Below are positions 19,324-31,740 of a stretch of 64,000 nucleotides of DNA, one piece after another. The notes below the pieces were generated by a model that made no database searches, was not told the DNA's origin, and saw only the letters and a program-made list of their open reading frames with translations. Source of the stretch: Rhynchopus sp. YZ270_cl-10. Its lineage: Eukaryota. The stretch covers positions 186,001 through 250,000 of the forward strand of contig OZ037839.1 of assembly GCA_964035575.1 (NCBI GenBank). The letters run 5' to 3'. Made by a program: the position numbers and the translations under genes. Each line of letters opens with the position of its first letter. Position 1 is the first letter of the stretch.

Positions 19324-22221
19324 AGTGTGCAGAAAGGTTTATGAGATGGACCTAAGCCTCTCGCACCTTATCTAGCAAAAGGATTGACTCTGGTTGAAGA
19401 GGGTGATGGAGGGAGAGAAATTGTGTATCATATGGTGGGTTCAGTGGGCCAGCCCTCAAACCACCCACCATCGTATTCCCACTCCTGCCTTACTTCCCCC
19501 GTTCCCACGATCACGACTCTCCTGAGTAAAACGTTGTTGCACGTGTCCTTGCCGTGTACGGTCTGCAATGAAGTGCAATTGATGATCGTACTCTTAGAGG
19601 TCAAAAGAAATCAAACAAAAGCACAAAAGGGGAGAGTGAGGGAGGAATCTGTTTGCATTTGGCACCGATAGTGCGAAAGAGGAGTTTAGCTGGACGAGGT
19701 TTCAGCAGCTGTAGCTAGGGCGCACCTGCCACACACAGGACTACGTCCCACATCACACAGGTGAAGCATGGTCTCAAAAGGAAGATGCTTTGTATCCACC
19801 AGCAGGATGCTCGGATACGGATCTCTGGTGGACCTCGAAGAAAAGAAAAGGCCTCCGAAACCTTCGAAACTACAGCACTTCAACTACTCAAAAAGAACAG
19901 CAACGCGGACCGCAAAAGGCGTGGTCAGAAAGAAGCTTTTTTACATAGAGTACAGAGCAAACGGTCTGTGATAACGCAAAAGTAGGTTTTTAAAAAGGAG
20001 AAACATTCTTTGTTAAGCGTCGGTAGTCGACGTCGGCTGGTCTAGGTAAACCTCTTTTGTCCCACCCAAAAAAGAAGTTTCTATTCTTATTTTTCGTTCA
20101 AAATGGTTATAAGGGGATTTCGAAGCTTTTTGGGGTTTTCAAAAAAGCTTGGAGCAACTCGGTCATCATTAGACTCATGAGGTAAAAAGTTTATTTTACT
20201 ACATTTGCATGCCCGAAGAGTACTGATCACAGGTTTGCACCGCAATCGCAATCAAAGTGAAAAAGATAGTCATCAGGGGAAGTCAATCAACAACTCGGAA
20301 TTGAAGTGCAGCCGTGTCCGTTGCTGCAGCAGTGCCAACATTTGGACAAGCACCGTAGTCTGCGCGTCTATCGACACCTTCTCCACACACTCACGCGGTC
20401 AAGGCTTCTCGAGGAACTGTTGATGTACTTCTCTGACTCGTTGGTGGGTAACAAAAAATGGGGCAGGGGAAAGAAAGTGGAGTGCGGTGAAAGTGTTGTT
20501 AAAACAGAGAAATTGAAACCTCACCCTACCCATTATAAAAACAATAACGACAAAAGGGAGAGGTTGTGGTGAAACGTGCACACCTCGACCTGTCGGTGAA
20601 ATGTGGCTCTACTCCAACCCGCCCCGGATTAGAAAAATGGAAAAAGGATGGGAGTAGGGTACGGTGTTCAATTTCCTTTTAGCATTGCATGGGATCATAT
20701 AAAAAAAAGAGCGAATTTGGGGGAAACACTCTTTTCAGACACAGTTACGGTGGAAATAAAGTATACGGGGTAATGAAGTCCTATCCAATCATGAGGACAT
20801 TTTGCGACGTTTTGAGAATTTATTTTTCCTTCCTTCAAAACTACACACACAACCCTTTTTGGTTTTTGGGAGACACACAAGGTGCCAGGTTCTATGATAT
20901 GCACGGAACCACCCTGCACCTGTTTGTCATGTTGTTTCCCGTGCAATACATGGAGAAACGTTTCGCACTCGAAACTAGAGAGCTTTTTGATAAAAAATGA
21001 ACGAAACACAAAAAAAAATCAGCGCGTGTGGAAGAAAAAAGAAAAGGGAAAATATCATTTCTGATTCAAAGTGGTGGATATGTTTTGGGTACGGGGCGGA
21101 GAATACAATATTTTCTATAAAAGCAACGCAAGCTTTTTGTTTTATCTTGTTCAAAAATGCCCGAGAGACTCGTTACTCTTTGCTTGTTGCTCAAAAGGCT
21201 GAAAACGGGGAGAGGAAAAATTAAGGTTGTTTGTTGTTCGCTTCCACTTTTGTTTTTCGACTTGATAACGGTAAATACGCAGATTTACGGTTTGAATGTG
21301 TTTTGCCTGAAGTACAGAAAATGTTGTGGAGCACAAAGGGGAAAAGAGAGGAGGGAAAACAAGCGGGGAAGTGGATCCGCAGAACGCGCGGCTTTTCACG
21401 AGGGTCTCGAGCATTTTGTCAAATACTACGTGTTTACTAAAAAAGAATCACCCCAAAAGCCCCAAAAGCAAAGTATAATGCGGCGGGGTTATTTTTGTTG
21501 GAGCTATTTATTGGAAAAATGCTCGAGAGAATCGTTCCTCTTTGCTTGTTGCTCAAAAGACTATAAACGGGGAGAGGAAAAAGTAAAAGTTGTTTGTTGT
21601 TCGCTTCCACTCTTCGACCTGATTTACGATATGGTTGTGTTTGCCTGAAGTACAGAAAGTGTCGTGGAGCACAGGGGGGAAAAAGAGGGGGAAACAAGCG
21701 GGGAGCGGGATACGCAGAACGCGCGACTTTTCACGAGGGTCTCGAGCATTTTGTCAAATACTACGTGTTTACTAAAAAAAAAACTACGATAGACGTTCTA
21801 AGATAGGAGCTGGTGTCATGTAGGGTGGGAGGAGAGGGCAGGCAAAGGCCAGAGGCAGTAAGCCTGCATGTTGTCAGTTCTTCTTGAAACCTTGGTTGCA
21901 TGAATGGAGACTGAATTGTTGCCGTAATTAATTGTGTGTCTCTTTTGTAAGACCGTGATTGCATCATATGGTCTGTCCACACAGAGGTCAAATTCGTAAG
22001 AACTCTTCATCAAGCCTTGGTGTCAAAAGGAAACAAAAACACACACGCTTGTCACCTAATTTTGTGAAAATAAATGCCCCTCCAGAACCCGACCACTAAA
22101 AATAGGGGTGCAACAAACATGTGTACAACAACTAGTATAGTATAGTATTGTGGGGTCGCACAATTACTGTTGACGAACTGTCTTTTTGTTCAACTAACCT
22201 TGGGAGAAAAGTCCCGGTGGG

Positions 22222-22869
22222 TCAGATAGTGCCTGATATATTATTTCTTTCCATTTCATTTCCAAAAACCTCCTCCAGATCGACGGTCTTTAGGACCGGG
22301 ATTTCTTCGTATTGAGGGTCTTCGGGGTCTGCTGTGCACTGCAAAAGCAGTGCGTTCACCAAGGCAAGCACCACACAGGTTGCCACTGCGGGGAGCGCGT
22401 AAGAGAGGCGGAAGAGGGTGCTGAGCTGGATCATCTTCCCCTCAGGGCCACAGGGCTGTGTTTGGATGTAGAGAGCCCACATGAAGTAGGAGGCCATGAT
22501 CAGGGAGGCCGAGCATCCCGCAAAGACAAACGACACCATGCCCGCATGCTTCGCCGTAGATGCCGCAAGACTCAGAACAACTGCTGCAGCTGCTGCACAC
22601 ACCCCAACAAACACCGACATATCTGCCGCCCGTGCCAATGCCAGGTGCTCATCGCAGCTGTTCATCGAAAGAAACCCAGCCGGATCCGTCCACGTCCGCC
22701 CCAAGCTGTCGTGGTGTACTCCAAGCGCAAATCCTTCCGCAACCTCCGTCTGATTCTCCTGAGGAAGAAGGAAGGACCGTCCATCGCCATATGCAGCACT
22801 CAGCAAAGCTACCACCACCAGACCGGAGAACGATGCTGCGATGAAGACAGGGTCAATGGAGGGCGACAT
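22222..22869 (-). CDS. Amastin-like 4-TM membrane protein, tandem paralog, 215 aa
   Basis: Offset 3546 bp from the first copy, same length, few amino-acid differences. Confidence 0.65.
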   Translation of the reverse strand: MSPSIDPVFIAASFSGLVVVALLSAAYGDGRSFLLPQENQTEVAEGFALGVHHDSLGRTWTDPAGFLSMNSCDEHLALARAADMSVFVGVCAAAAAVVLSLAASTAKHAGMVSFVFAGCSASLIMASYFMWALYIQTQPCGPEGKMIQLSTLFRLSYALPAVATCVVLALVNALLLQCTADPEDPQYEEIPVLKTVDLEEVFGNEMERNNISGTI

Positions 22870-23729
22870 GGTGAAAAGAAAGGTTTATAAGATGGACCTA
22901 AGCCTCGTACCTAGTCACCTTATCTTTGTAAAAGAAAAGCAAAAGCAAGAGCAAAAGGATTGACTCTGGTTGAAGAGGGTGATGGAGGGAGAGAAATTGT
23001 GTATCATATGGTGGGTTCAGTGGGCCAGCCCTCAAACCACCCACCATCGTATTCCCACTCCTGCCTTACTTCCCCCGTTCCCACGATCACGACTCTCCTG
23101 AGTAAAACGTTGTTGCACGTGTCCTTGCCGTGTACGGTCTGCAATGAAGTGCAATTGATGATCGTACTCTTAGAGGTCAAAAGAAATCAAACAAAAGCAC
23201 AAAAGGGGAGAATGAGGGAGGAATCTGTTTGCAATTGGCACCGATAGTGCAAAAGAGGAGTTTAGCTGGACGAGGTTTCAGCAGCTGTAGCTAGGGCGCA
23301 CCTGCCACACACAGGACTACGTCCCACATCACACAGGTGAAGCATGGTCTCAAAAGGAAGAGGTTTTTGTATCCACCAGCAGGATGCTCGGATACGGATC
23401 TCTGGTGGACCTCGAAGAAAAGAAAAGGCCTCCGAAACCTTCGAAACTACAGCACTTCAACTACTCAAAAAGAACAGCAACACGGACCACAAAAGGCGTG
23501 GTCAGAAAGAAGCTTTTTTACCTAGAGTGGTGCGCTAACAAGCTCCACACTGTAAACGCCTTCATCCACGGAGCCAAGGTCCCTCAGGCACACCACGACA
23601 CAGTACGCCCCGAACAGCTTGTTGAAGGTGATGTTCCGGCTTTGCTTTCATCGTGAACGACATCGAGCCACGTATCGGCCAAACGCTTCCGCCGATTACT
23701 AACTCCTTCCCTGCCTCCACACTGCTGTA

Positions 23730-25062
23730 CGAATAGCCGTCCGTTAGCTTCATCAGGTGCTGCAGGTCCTCTCCAGCTTCCTCTGGGAGGACTGGAACTC
23801 CTCCTTGGTGGCCTCAGTGCCACAGAGCTCGTTGGGCCCGTTCTAGTCGTCCATGACCTTCTTCTTGTCGTCCTCGCCCACAAGCCCGCCGGTTCTGTCG
23901 TCCATGAGGGTGGTGACCATCTGGTAGGCGTAGGTCTCGAGCTCGTGTCTGGCGTCGACACGCTCGCCTGCTTGTCGGCCTCAGCGAACTTCTCTGCGTC
24001 GTTGCACATGTCGGCAATTTTCTTCTGTGACAGACGGCCCTTGTTGGTGATGATGACCTGCGACTTCTTCCCCGGAAGTTCCCGGTCGACTAGTCCTCGG
24101 CAGACACGTCCATGATGCCATTCGCGCCGACACTCCACGTGGGGCCGGCGGGATCCCTGCCAAAACGTCAAAACGTTCCGAGCTGGTTTCAGTCCTTCGT
24201 CATCGCGCTCTCCCCCTCGAACACAGAACATTCTGGTTGTCCGCATCGAGAACTCCCGGCTTTTCTTCGTCGGGATCGTCGTGTTCCTCTTGATCAGCGG
24301 TGCCATCCCACCCCCGTCCGTCTTAATCCCGACAGTCAGCGGCGTCACGTCCAGCAGCAGGATCTGCTCCGTTTGCGTGCTCTTTCCCCCCGTCAGCACA
24401 AAGGCCTGCACCGCAGCACCAAAGGCAACAGCCTCGTCGGGGTTGATCGACTTGTTCAGGTCCTTTCCGCCGAAGAAGTCCGACACCATCGCCAGTCGAT
24501 CCTCCGATCAGCACAACCTCCGTAATGTTGCGCCTCAAGCTCCGAGCCATTCAAGACAGACTGCAGGCACGACTTGAACAGGTCCGTGCACAGCTCCTCG
24601 AACGTCACACGTGTGATCGGCGAGTAGAAGTCTGTCCCCTCAAACAGAGAGTCGATCTCAATGCTGGTCTGTGCCGCCGACGACAGCGCACACTTAGCAC
24701 GCTCACAGGCACACGGCGCCGCACGCTGGTACGTCATCAGGTACTTCCGGCGCTTTTTCTTGAACTCCTCCACGAAGTGGTTCACCATCCGGTTGTCGAA
24801 GTCCTCGCCTCCCAAGTGGGTGTCTCCCGCAGTCGCCTTCACCTCGAAGATCCCCCCGTCAATCGCCAGAAGCGTCACATCGAAGGTACCACCCAGGTCG
24901 AAGATCAGGATGTTCTTCTGGCTCTCGCTCGCGTTGTCCATTCCGTACGCAATCGCATCCACAGTCGGTTCGTTGATGATGCACAGCACGTCCATCACCG
25001 AGAATCGCCCCTACGTCCTTCTTCACCTGACGCTGCGAGTCGTTGAAGTACGCAGGCACAGT
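23730..25062 (-). pseudogene. HSP70: Cytosolic HSP70 pseudogene, 5'-truncated and frameshifted
   Basis: [81 protein letters not shown] and [11 protein letters not shown] lie in several different frames. No N-terminus and no EEVD. Confidence 0.93.
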
Positions 25063-25504
25063 CAACTCTTACACAAAACGAAAAAATTATGGCACCCGGG
25101 CTTCGTCCCTGCGCGCATTCGCTGCCAGACGCAAACTCACCTTCTCCTCCAACTACACCTCACTCCGTTCCGACGCGTTGCGCCCGCGTCATCATATGTG
25201 CCATCTCACAAAAAAACGCACACAAAAAACGAAAAAATTTAATTCACAGCAAACAGGTGTGAGGGAGAAGAAAAGAAAGTGAACAGAAACGAAAAAACAA
25301 TGATTTTCTGAAATGTGATGTTGTTGGGGTGGGGGAATAAAACAGTTCCAAGAAAAGCTCCTGCGTCGGTTTTCTTTTGGTTATTATTTTTGTCCCACCC
25401 AAAAAAGACGTTTCTGTGTTTTCTTTTTTTCGTTCAAGATGGTTATATACGGGGATTTCACAGCTTTTTGGGGGTTTCAAAAAAGCTTGGGTCATGAGGT
25501 AAAA

Positions 25505-26279
25505 ATTTATTTTATTGACGTGCAATTATAGACTCTTCACAAAATCCTTCTACAGGCGTGCAATTTGAATCATTTATTTCACGGCAAAAATGGAATTAAG
25601 TAAGATGCGTGTAATTATAGATCCTATTACAAATGCACGTAAAATGTGGCCGTTTAATTAATGATTTATAATTACACGCCCAGAAATTTTGAGACAATGC
25701 GTTAAATTATTTTTCTGTACAAAATGGGTGGGAAATGGGTGCGTTTAATTAAGTATTTATAATTACCCGCCTCCCTCAGACAACACAAAAAAAATTTTTT
25801 TTCGTGGTATACAGACCCTAGGTTCTCCAAGCGGGTCCTTGGGCGATTTTCGACACAACACAAATACCACACAACTGCGACTGGAAGCAATGGCAACGCT
25901 TTTGCACCACTGTGAATCAGAAAGAACCCCTGAGGAAGAACATGTCATCGTTCGTGCCCAGCATGCGGTCTGATGGGATGAAAGGCTCTTCTCTGTGGAC
26001 TATCTAGAGTCTTCTCACCTCCACCCTCCACTTGAACTCCACCGTCACTACAGTGGTTTCTATAACGTTACACATTGCACGCCTGTAGAAGGATTTTGTG
26101 ACTCGTCTATAATTGCGCGTCAATGAAAACTACTAATTATTGTTAAATTATATCCCGGCAATTTAACTCAGTGAGTTGTGGGTCACTCGTTCACGAATCC
26201 CACTCGCTTCGCTCGTGGGATTAGTACACTCGTGACTCACTGCGTTAAATTGTGGGGATATAATTTAACGGTAATTATA
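25505..26279. mobile_element. Non-autonomous element with an IR pair plus terminal ~140-bp hairpin
   Basis: IR ~25514-25563 / ~26074-26124. Hairpin 26134-26277 centred on GCTTCGC. Confidence 0.7.
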
Positions 26280-26280
26280 G

Positions 26281-26530
26281 GAGGTACCCTAAAATAGTGA
26301 TTTTAAATAAAAACGCTAAAAACGCTAGGAATTTGGGGGGCTTTTTTCGGGTCAAAAAAGAGGGGAAAAATAGTGAGGGGAGTTGGGTCCAGTCATAGGG
26401 GGCATAGCATATTTTTTGGAAAATTCTTCAAAAAAGCAAGGATTTTTGCTGAGCACAATGCAATTTTCAGAAAAATCCCAATTTTCGGAATTGGTGGGAC
26501 TGGTACCAATCATGGGCAATTTTTTTTTTT
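26281..26530 (+). repeat. Dispersed element end beginning GAGGTACCCTAA
   Basis: Homologous to ~38852-39070. The same terminus forms a small TIR element at 44039-44183. Confidence 0.65.
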
Positions 26531-26730
26531 TTTTTTTTGGAATTTCACCATTTGGGGTGCATGTGATCCCCCTCTGGCGTGAAAACCACCCCCCACGATG
26601 TTTTTGAGAGGTTCTTGGTCAAAATTTCTACTCAATCATCCAAAATAGTGCGTTTTTATCAAAAACTCGAAAAAATGACGTTTGTATCGTTTTTTTTAAG
26701 TGCATTTGACCCCCCCCCCCCCCCCCCTAG

Positions 26731-26967
26731 GCATAGTGTGCAGACGAACATTTTTGGTTCGTCGACGAACAAAATGTTCGTCGGTTTTGTTCGTCGATGT
26801 TCGTCGACGAACATCGACGAACATCGACGAACAGGTCCCTGCCACAAGGGCAACCCACGACGAACAACGACGAACATCGACGAACAACGACGAACATCGA
26901 CGAACAATTTTTTTTTTCCCCCCCACGACGAACATCGACGAACATTTTGTTCGTCTGCACACTATGC
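26731..26967. mobile_element. MITE with internal GACGAAC repeats
   Basis: TIR GCATAGTGTGCAGACGAACA. Poly-C+TAG on both sides. Confidence 0.8.
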
Positions 26968-27474
26968 GCCCCCCCCCCCCCCCCCCCTAGGCATACTGTG
27001 CGGGCGAGTAAAAAAAACTCGCCTACTCGCCAAAAACTCGCCTAAAACTCGCCTATTTTTGGGGGGCGAGTTTTGGCGAGTTTTTTTTTTAGGTAGGGAT
27101 TTCCAGACCAAACGGTCTAACCTGTTGTATTGACATAGTGTGGGGGAGAAGTGAGGAGCACGAGAATCGTCTTCGCGTATACTAAAAGATTTCCTAAGAT
27201 ATGTCACAAGTGTCATATCCCCGAAAATAAAAATAAAACGTGAAAGACGAATGGCCTCTCGTGCACACACGTCTCCAAAAAAAGGGGTTTTTTAAAAAAA
27301 GGGGGGATTGAAAAAGTTTGTTTCAACTTTGTTGTTTTTGTTTTTGTTTTTGCTACTCTGTTTGTTTGTATTGCATTTCATTGTAGTACTTTGTAAGTTG
27401 AGAGGTAGGTGCGCTTCTTAAGATAGCGACTAATTCCTGTTGAAGCCTCACTACAAGAAAAGAAAAATGTTTAA

Positions 27475-28631
27475 CCCTTAGCCAACCAGCAACCCGTACA
27501 GGGGTTGTTTTTTTTTTGGGGATTTTATTACTGGGGGGGGGCGAATAAGAGATGTGGCATCTCTTATTAGGCGAACGGACGAGCCAAAAATAAAAAAAAT
27601 TTTTTGGGGGAAAAAAAGCAAATAGACATTTTCGCCGGAGGCAAAAAAAATTTTTTGACCACTTTTTTGCCAGACCGGGTAGACAGGGTAAAATTTCAAA
27701 ATGTTTTTTCAAGATAAAACCCTGGTGCGTGCAAAAAAAAAAAAAAAAAAATACCCCCAAAATCTCAACCTGATCTCTTATTCGGCCCTAATCTCTTATT
27801 CACCCCTGATCTCTTATTCGCCCCCCCCCCCCCCCCCCCCCCCAGTAAGAACACCAGTAAACAATTTTTTTTTTTGGACTTTTTGATCGATTTTTTTTTT
27901 GTTGAAAAGATTTGTCACGAAACGTTCCAAAAAACATGTTTTCGGGAGAAAAAAACAACCACATATTTGGTAGGCAGCGTCAGGGATTGTCCCCCCCAAA
28001 CACCGAAAGTTGATGTTATTGTCTGGTTTTTGGGTTGGTGCCCAAGGCCCAACCAAGACCCCAAAAAATGTCAAAAATATGTTATTTGTCACATATGAGC
28101 AAAAATAAAGCAATTGCGGGGTCGCACGACCTCCCATTCGTAACACAGCCACCCTCACACCAACAGGACTTTCACCTCCTTTTCACTGTTTCTCACTGTT
28201 TTTCACTGGTTTTGACTGTTTTCACTGCTTTTCACTGTTTTTCACTATTTTTTGTTCCTCTCTCAAGCTGTTCATACAACTTCTACTCCATATTTCTGAC
28301 CGATTTTTTTTTTATTGATGTCATTTGCTCTCGATCTTTCAAATAACGCCATTTTCGAGTTCCGGTTTTGCACACATATTTCGTCAGAGGACTGCGGGAG
28401 CTAATTTCCTCGAAGTTTTGGGTGTTTTTTTCCAAGCATTTTGGATTTTTACAAAATATTTTTTTTTCAAAAAAAGTCCAAAACATAAATAGTCAAAAGT
28501 TCTGCTCAAAATCTTTCAATTGCGACCAGAATCGGTCAAAAAGTCGTTGCCCTTCACATTTTGCCTCTTGGAGAGCCTGGACCCCCAAAACACAAAAAAA
28601 CACACCTAAAAATGCCTTGGTTGGCTAAGGG
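27475..28631. mobile_element. piggyBac-like MITE (1157 bp)
   Basis: TTAA|CCCTTAGCCAACCA ... TGGTTGGCTAAGGG|TTAA. Confidence 0.85.
27531..27845. mobile_element. TA-flanked MITE nested in the piggyBac-like element
   Basis: TA|CTG(n)CGAATAAGAG ... CTCTTATTCGC(n)AG|TA. Confidence 0.75.
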
Positions 28632-28656
28632 TTAAAAATAAAAAATAAAAAGGGTC

Positions 28657-28835
28657 TGGTACTCCTGATAACCCCATTTTGCGTACTTGTTGCGTACTTG
28701 CTGCGTACTTGTTGCGCACTTTGTGCACGAAAAAAAAAATACAGGAATACCCTATATTGCGTACTTGTTGCGTACTTGTTGCGTACTTAGTGCGTAGTTG
28801 TTGCGTACTTGGTATTTTTTATTTCAGGAGCACCA
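28657..28835. mobile_element. Small MITE with GCGTACTTGTT repeats
   Basis: TIR TGGTACTCCTGA / TCAGGAGCACCA, 5-bp direct repeat GGGTC on both sides. Confidence 0.65.
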
Positions 28836-29538
28836 GGGTCTTTGTATTTTGATGTCGTTAGCAAACGGGTAAAAAAAGGAAAAGGTCTGGTTTCGGCGGT
28901 CTGCTCCTTGACCAGGATAACAGCCCTTTGACCGCGCTCATCAGAAGGAGCAAGGGCTAAAAGAAAGAAAAGAACACTTTTTGTGAGTGCACAATAACAA
29001 CAACTATCAAAAAGGAAACGATCAACTTAATGTTTGGTTTGCTTTTTTGAAAAGACTGTAGTTTCGGGTATCGTAGCTCGCCAACCCTGGGCAGACAATA
29101 TCCACAACAATAGTTGGGATATCATCGAAAGAGTAATATACACGTTTCTGTTAGGAAATCTGTGAAAAAGTGACTCGTCTACACATGTCGTTACGTCAAA
29201 GTCTTTTTTCTAAAAGTCAAAAACATAGGGCTTAACAACACTTCGTTCTTTGTAGGGGTAAGGACATTCTGGTACCCCCAAGTTTGACTTTTGGACAATT
29301 CAGACCCACAAGGTTTCGATAAAGACAGTTCAACCCCACAAGGTTTGCACTTTGGACAGTTCAGACCTTGTGGGTCTGAACTGTCCAAAATGCAAACCTT
29401 GTGGGTTTGAAGTGTCCCAAATGCAAACCTTGTGGTCTGAACTGTCCAAAATGCAAACCTTGTGCGTGTTTTCTTCTTCTAAGGTGCTTGCTCTCCATAC
29501 CTAGACCCTCGAATTTTTTTTCTTGACCCCATACATAT

Positions 29539-31499
29539 GGGTGCATTTCGACGATTTGAGGCCATTCAAAGCAAAAGTTGGCACTTCTGCGCATATGCGG
29601 GTGTCTAAAACACGGTTTTGCGTACACCACGCTGGATGATAGGGGTCACATGATAGGTCACATCATGTGGCCATATATCAAGTTACACCGCAAAAAATCT
29701 ACCAAACCCTGTTTTCGTACAACGCCACAGACAGGCCAAACATGCGTTGGACTCAGAGGAATGCCTGCTGTGCAGGTATCAAACATGAGAACACAGGGAT
29801 ATTGCTAACTTTCGGGATTTTGGGATTTCGTGGGGCGATGGTCGAAAAAAGGGGGGGGGAGTGCTGACTTTTATTTCTAGTCGAGCCCACCTTAGCTCAA
29901 GTTGGGGGCCTCCGGCGGAATGTATGAATTCCGTGGTTGTCCAACTGCGGAGTTCGGCACTTCACTGATATTTACACCAGGCAGACGGGGCACACGAATT
30001 ATCAGTAACCTCAGTACATTTACAAAAGAAACGGCGGTCGTGGTACCCAAAGGTTCCTGGCGAAGCCACGGTACGCAACATTCCTAAAATTTGCGCTTAA
30101 ATTTGCACATTTTTACTGCCAAACTCTGTCATGGGAAGGGTGGGTTGCAAGCTTGCGCCGCAGGCGCACGGTACGCTACTTTTTGTCTTTCGCCATGCTG
30201 CATGCTTCCTTTTCCTTCGGCGCTTGACCAATTGCATAGTACCATAGTACCATAGTACCATAGTACCATAGTACCATAGTACCATAGTACCATAGTACCA
30301 TAGTACCATAGTACCATAGTACCATAGTACCATAGTACCATAGTACCATAGTACCATAGTACCATAGTACCATAGTACCATAGTACCATAGTACCATAGT
30401 ACCATAGTACCATAGTACCATAGTACCATAGTACCATAGTACCATAGTACCATAGTACCATAGTACCATAGTACCATAGTACCATAGTACCATAGTACCA
30501 TAGTACCATAGTACCATAGTACCATAGTACCATAGTACCATAGTACCATAGTACCATAGTACCATAGTACCATAGTACCATAGTACCATAGTACCATAGT
30601 ACCATAGTACCATAGTACCATAGTACCATAGTACCATAGTACCATAGTACCATAGTACCATAGTACCATAGTACCATAGTACCATAGTACCATAGTACCA
30701 TAGTACCATAGTACCATAGTACCATAGTACCATAGTACCATAGTACCATAGTACCATAGTACCATAGTACCATAGTACCATAGTACCATAGTACCATAGT
30801 ACCATAGTACCATAGTACCATAGTACCATAGTACCATAGTACCATAGTACCATAGTACCATAGTACCATAGTACCATAGTACCATAGTACCATAGTACCA
30901 TAGTACCATAGTACCATAGTACCATAGTACCATAGTACCATAGTACCATAGTACCATAGTACCATAGTACCATAGTACCATAGTACACTAGTACACTAGT
31001 TACCGTGGGGCGATGGTGCGATGGTTTATGGAAAGGGGGGGAACCCCAAATTCAGTGGGGCGATGGTCGATGGTTAGCAATATCCCTGATGAGAACAACT
31101 CCCAGCAACAAGGGGCGCCTTTTGGCGGGCGTTGTTGAGGGTGTTTGGGGTGCAAAGTTTTCCACAATTTTGATGCGCGGGTGCAGAAGTGTTGTCTTGT
31201 TCTTTCATCTCTAGGAATTTAAATGTCAATCGCGTTTAACTACCACCAGGGCTTGTTCAGTGAACCCACGAGGGGTCGAAGGGGGTTGGTTATCCCATAT
31301 CTATCAATTTTCAAGGTGCACGAAGACAGGATCTGGTAGATTTTTTGCGGTGTAACTTGATATATGGCCACATGATGTGACCTATCATGTGACCCCTATC
31401 ATCCAGCGTGGTGTACGCAAAACCGTGTTTTAGACACCCGCATATGCGCAGAAGTGCCAACTTTTGCTTTGAATGGCCTCAAATCGTCGAAATGCACCC
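29539..31499. mobile_element. Non-autonomous element with ~165-bp TIRs (1961 bp)
   Basis: TIRs ~29539-29704 / ~31335-31499. Empty site ...CCATACATATGCACGGATG at ~42238-42257. The palindromic target makes the TSD ambiguous (TA, ATAT or CATATG). Confidence 0.9.
30235..30986 (+). repeat. (CATAGTAC)n microsatellite, 94 copies
   Basis: Perfect 8-bp period. Confidence 0.98.
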
Positions 31500-31514
31500 A
31501 TATGCACGGATGCT

Positions 31515-31740
31515 GCCAGATCTGGCCAGATTTGGGGGCCAATTCCCCAGATCTGGCTCGTTTTCCAGATGTGGAGATCTTGTTTCCAGATCTGGCCAGA
31601 TCTGGTCAGATCTGGCCAGATCTGGGAATCTGGGAAATTTTTTTTTTCAAAAAAAAAAAAACCCCCCCAGATCTGGCCAGATCTGGCCAGATCTGGAAAT
31701 CTGGCCATTTTTTTTTTTCTTTTCTCAGATTTCTGGCTAT
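31515..31740. repeat. CCAGATCTGG palindromic 10-mer clusters
   Basis: Also at ~38715-38825 and ~42260-42305. Confidence 0.8.

Larger units (their letters stand above)
17672..23525. repeat. Tandem segmental duplication (~3.5-kb period) containing the amastin-like gene
   Basis: ~17672-19950 is repeated at ~20995-23525. Confidence 0.85.
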
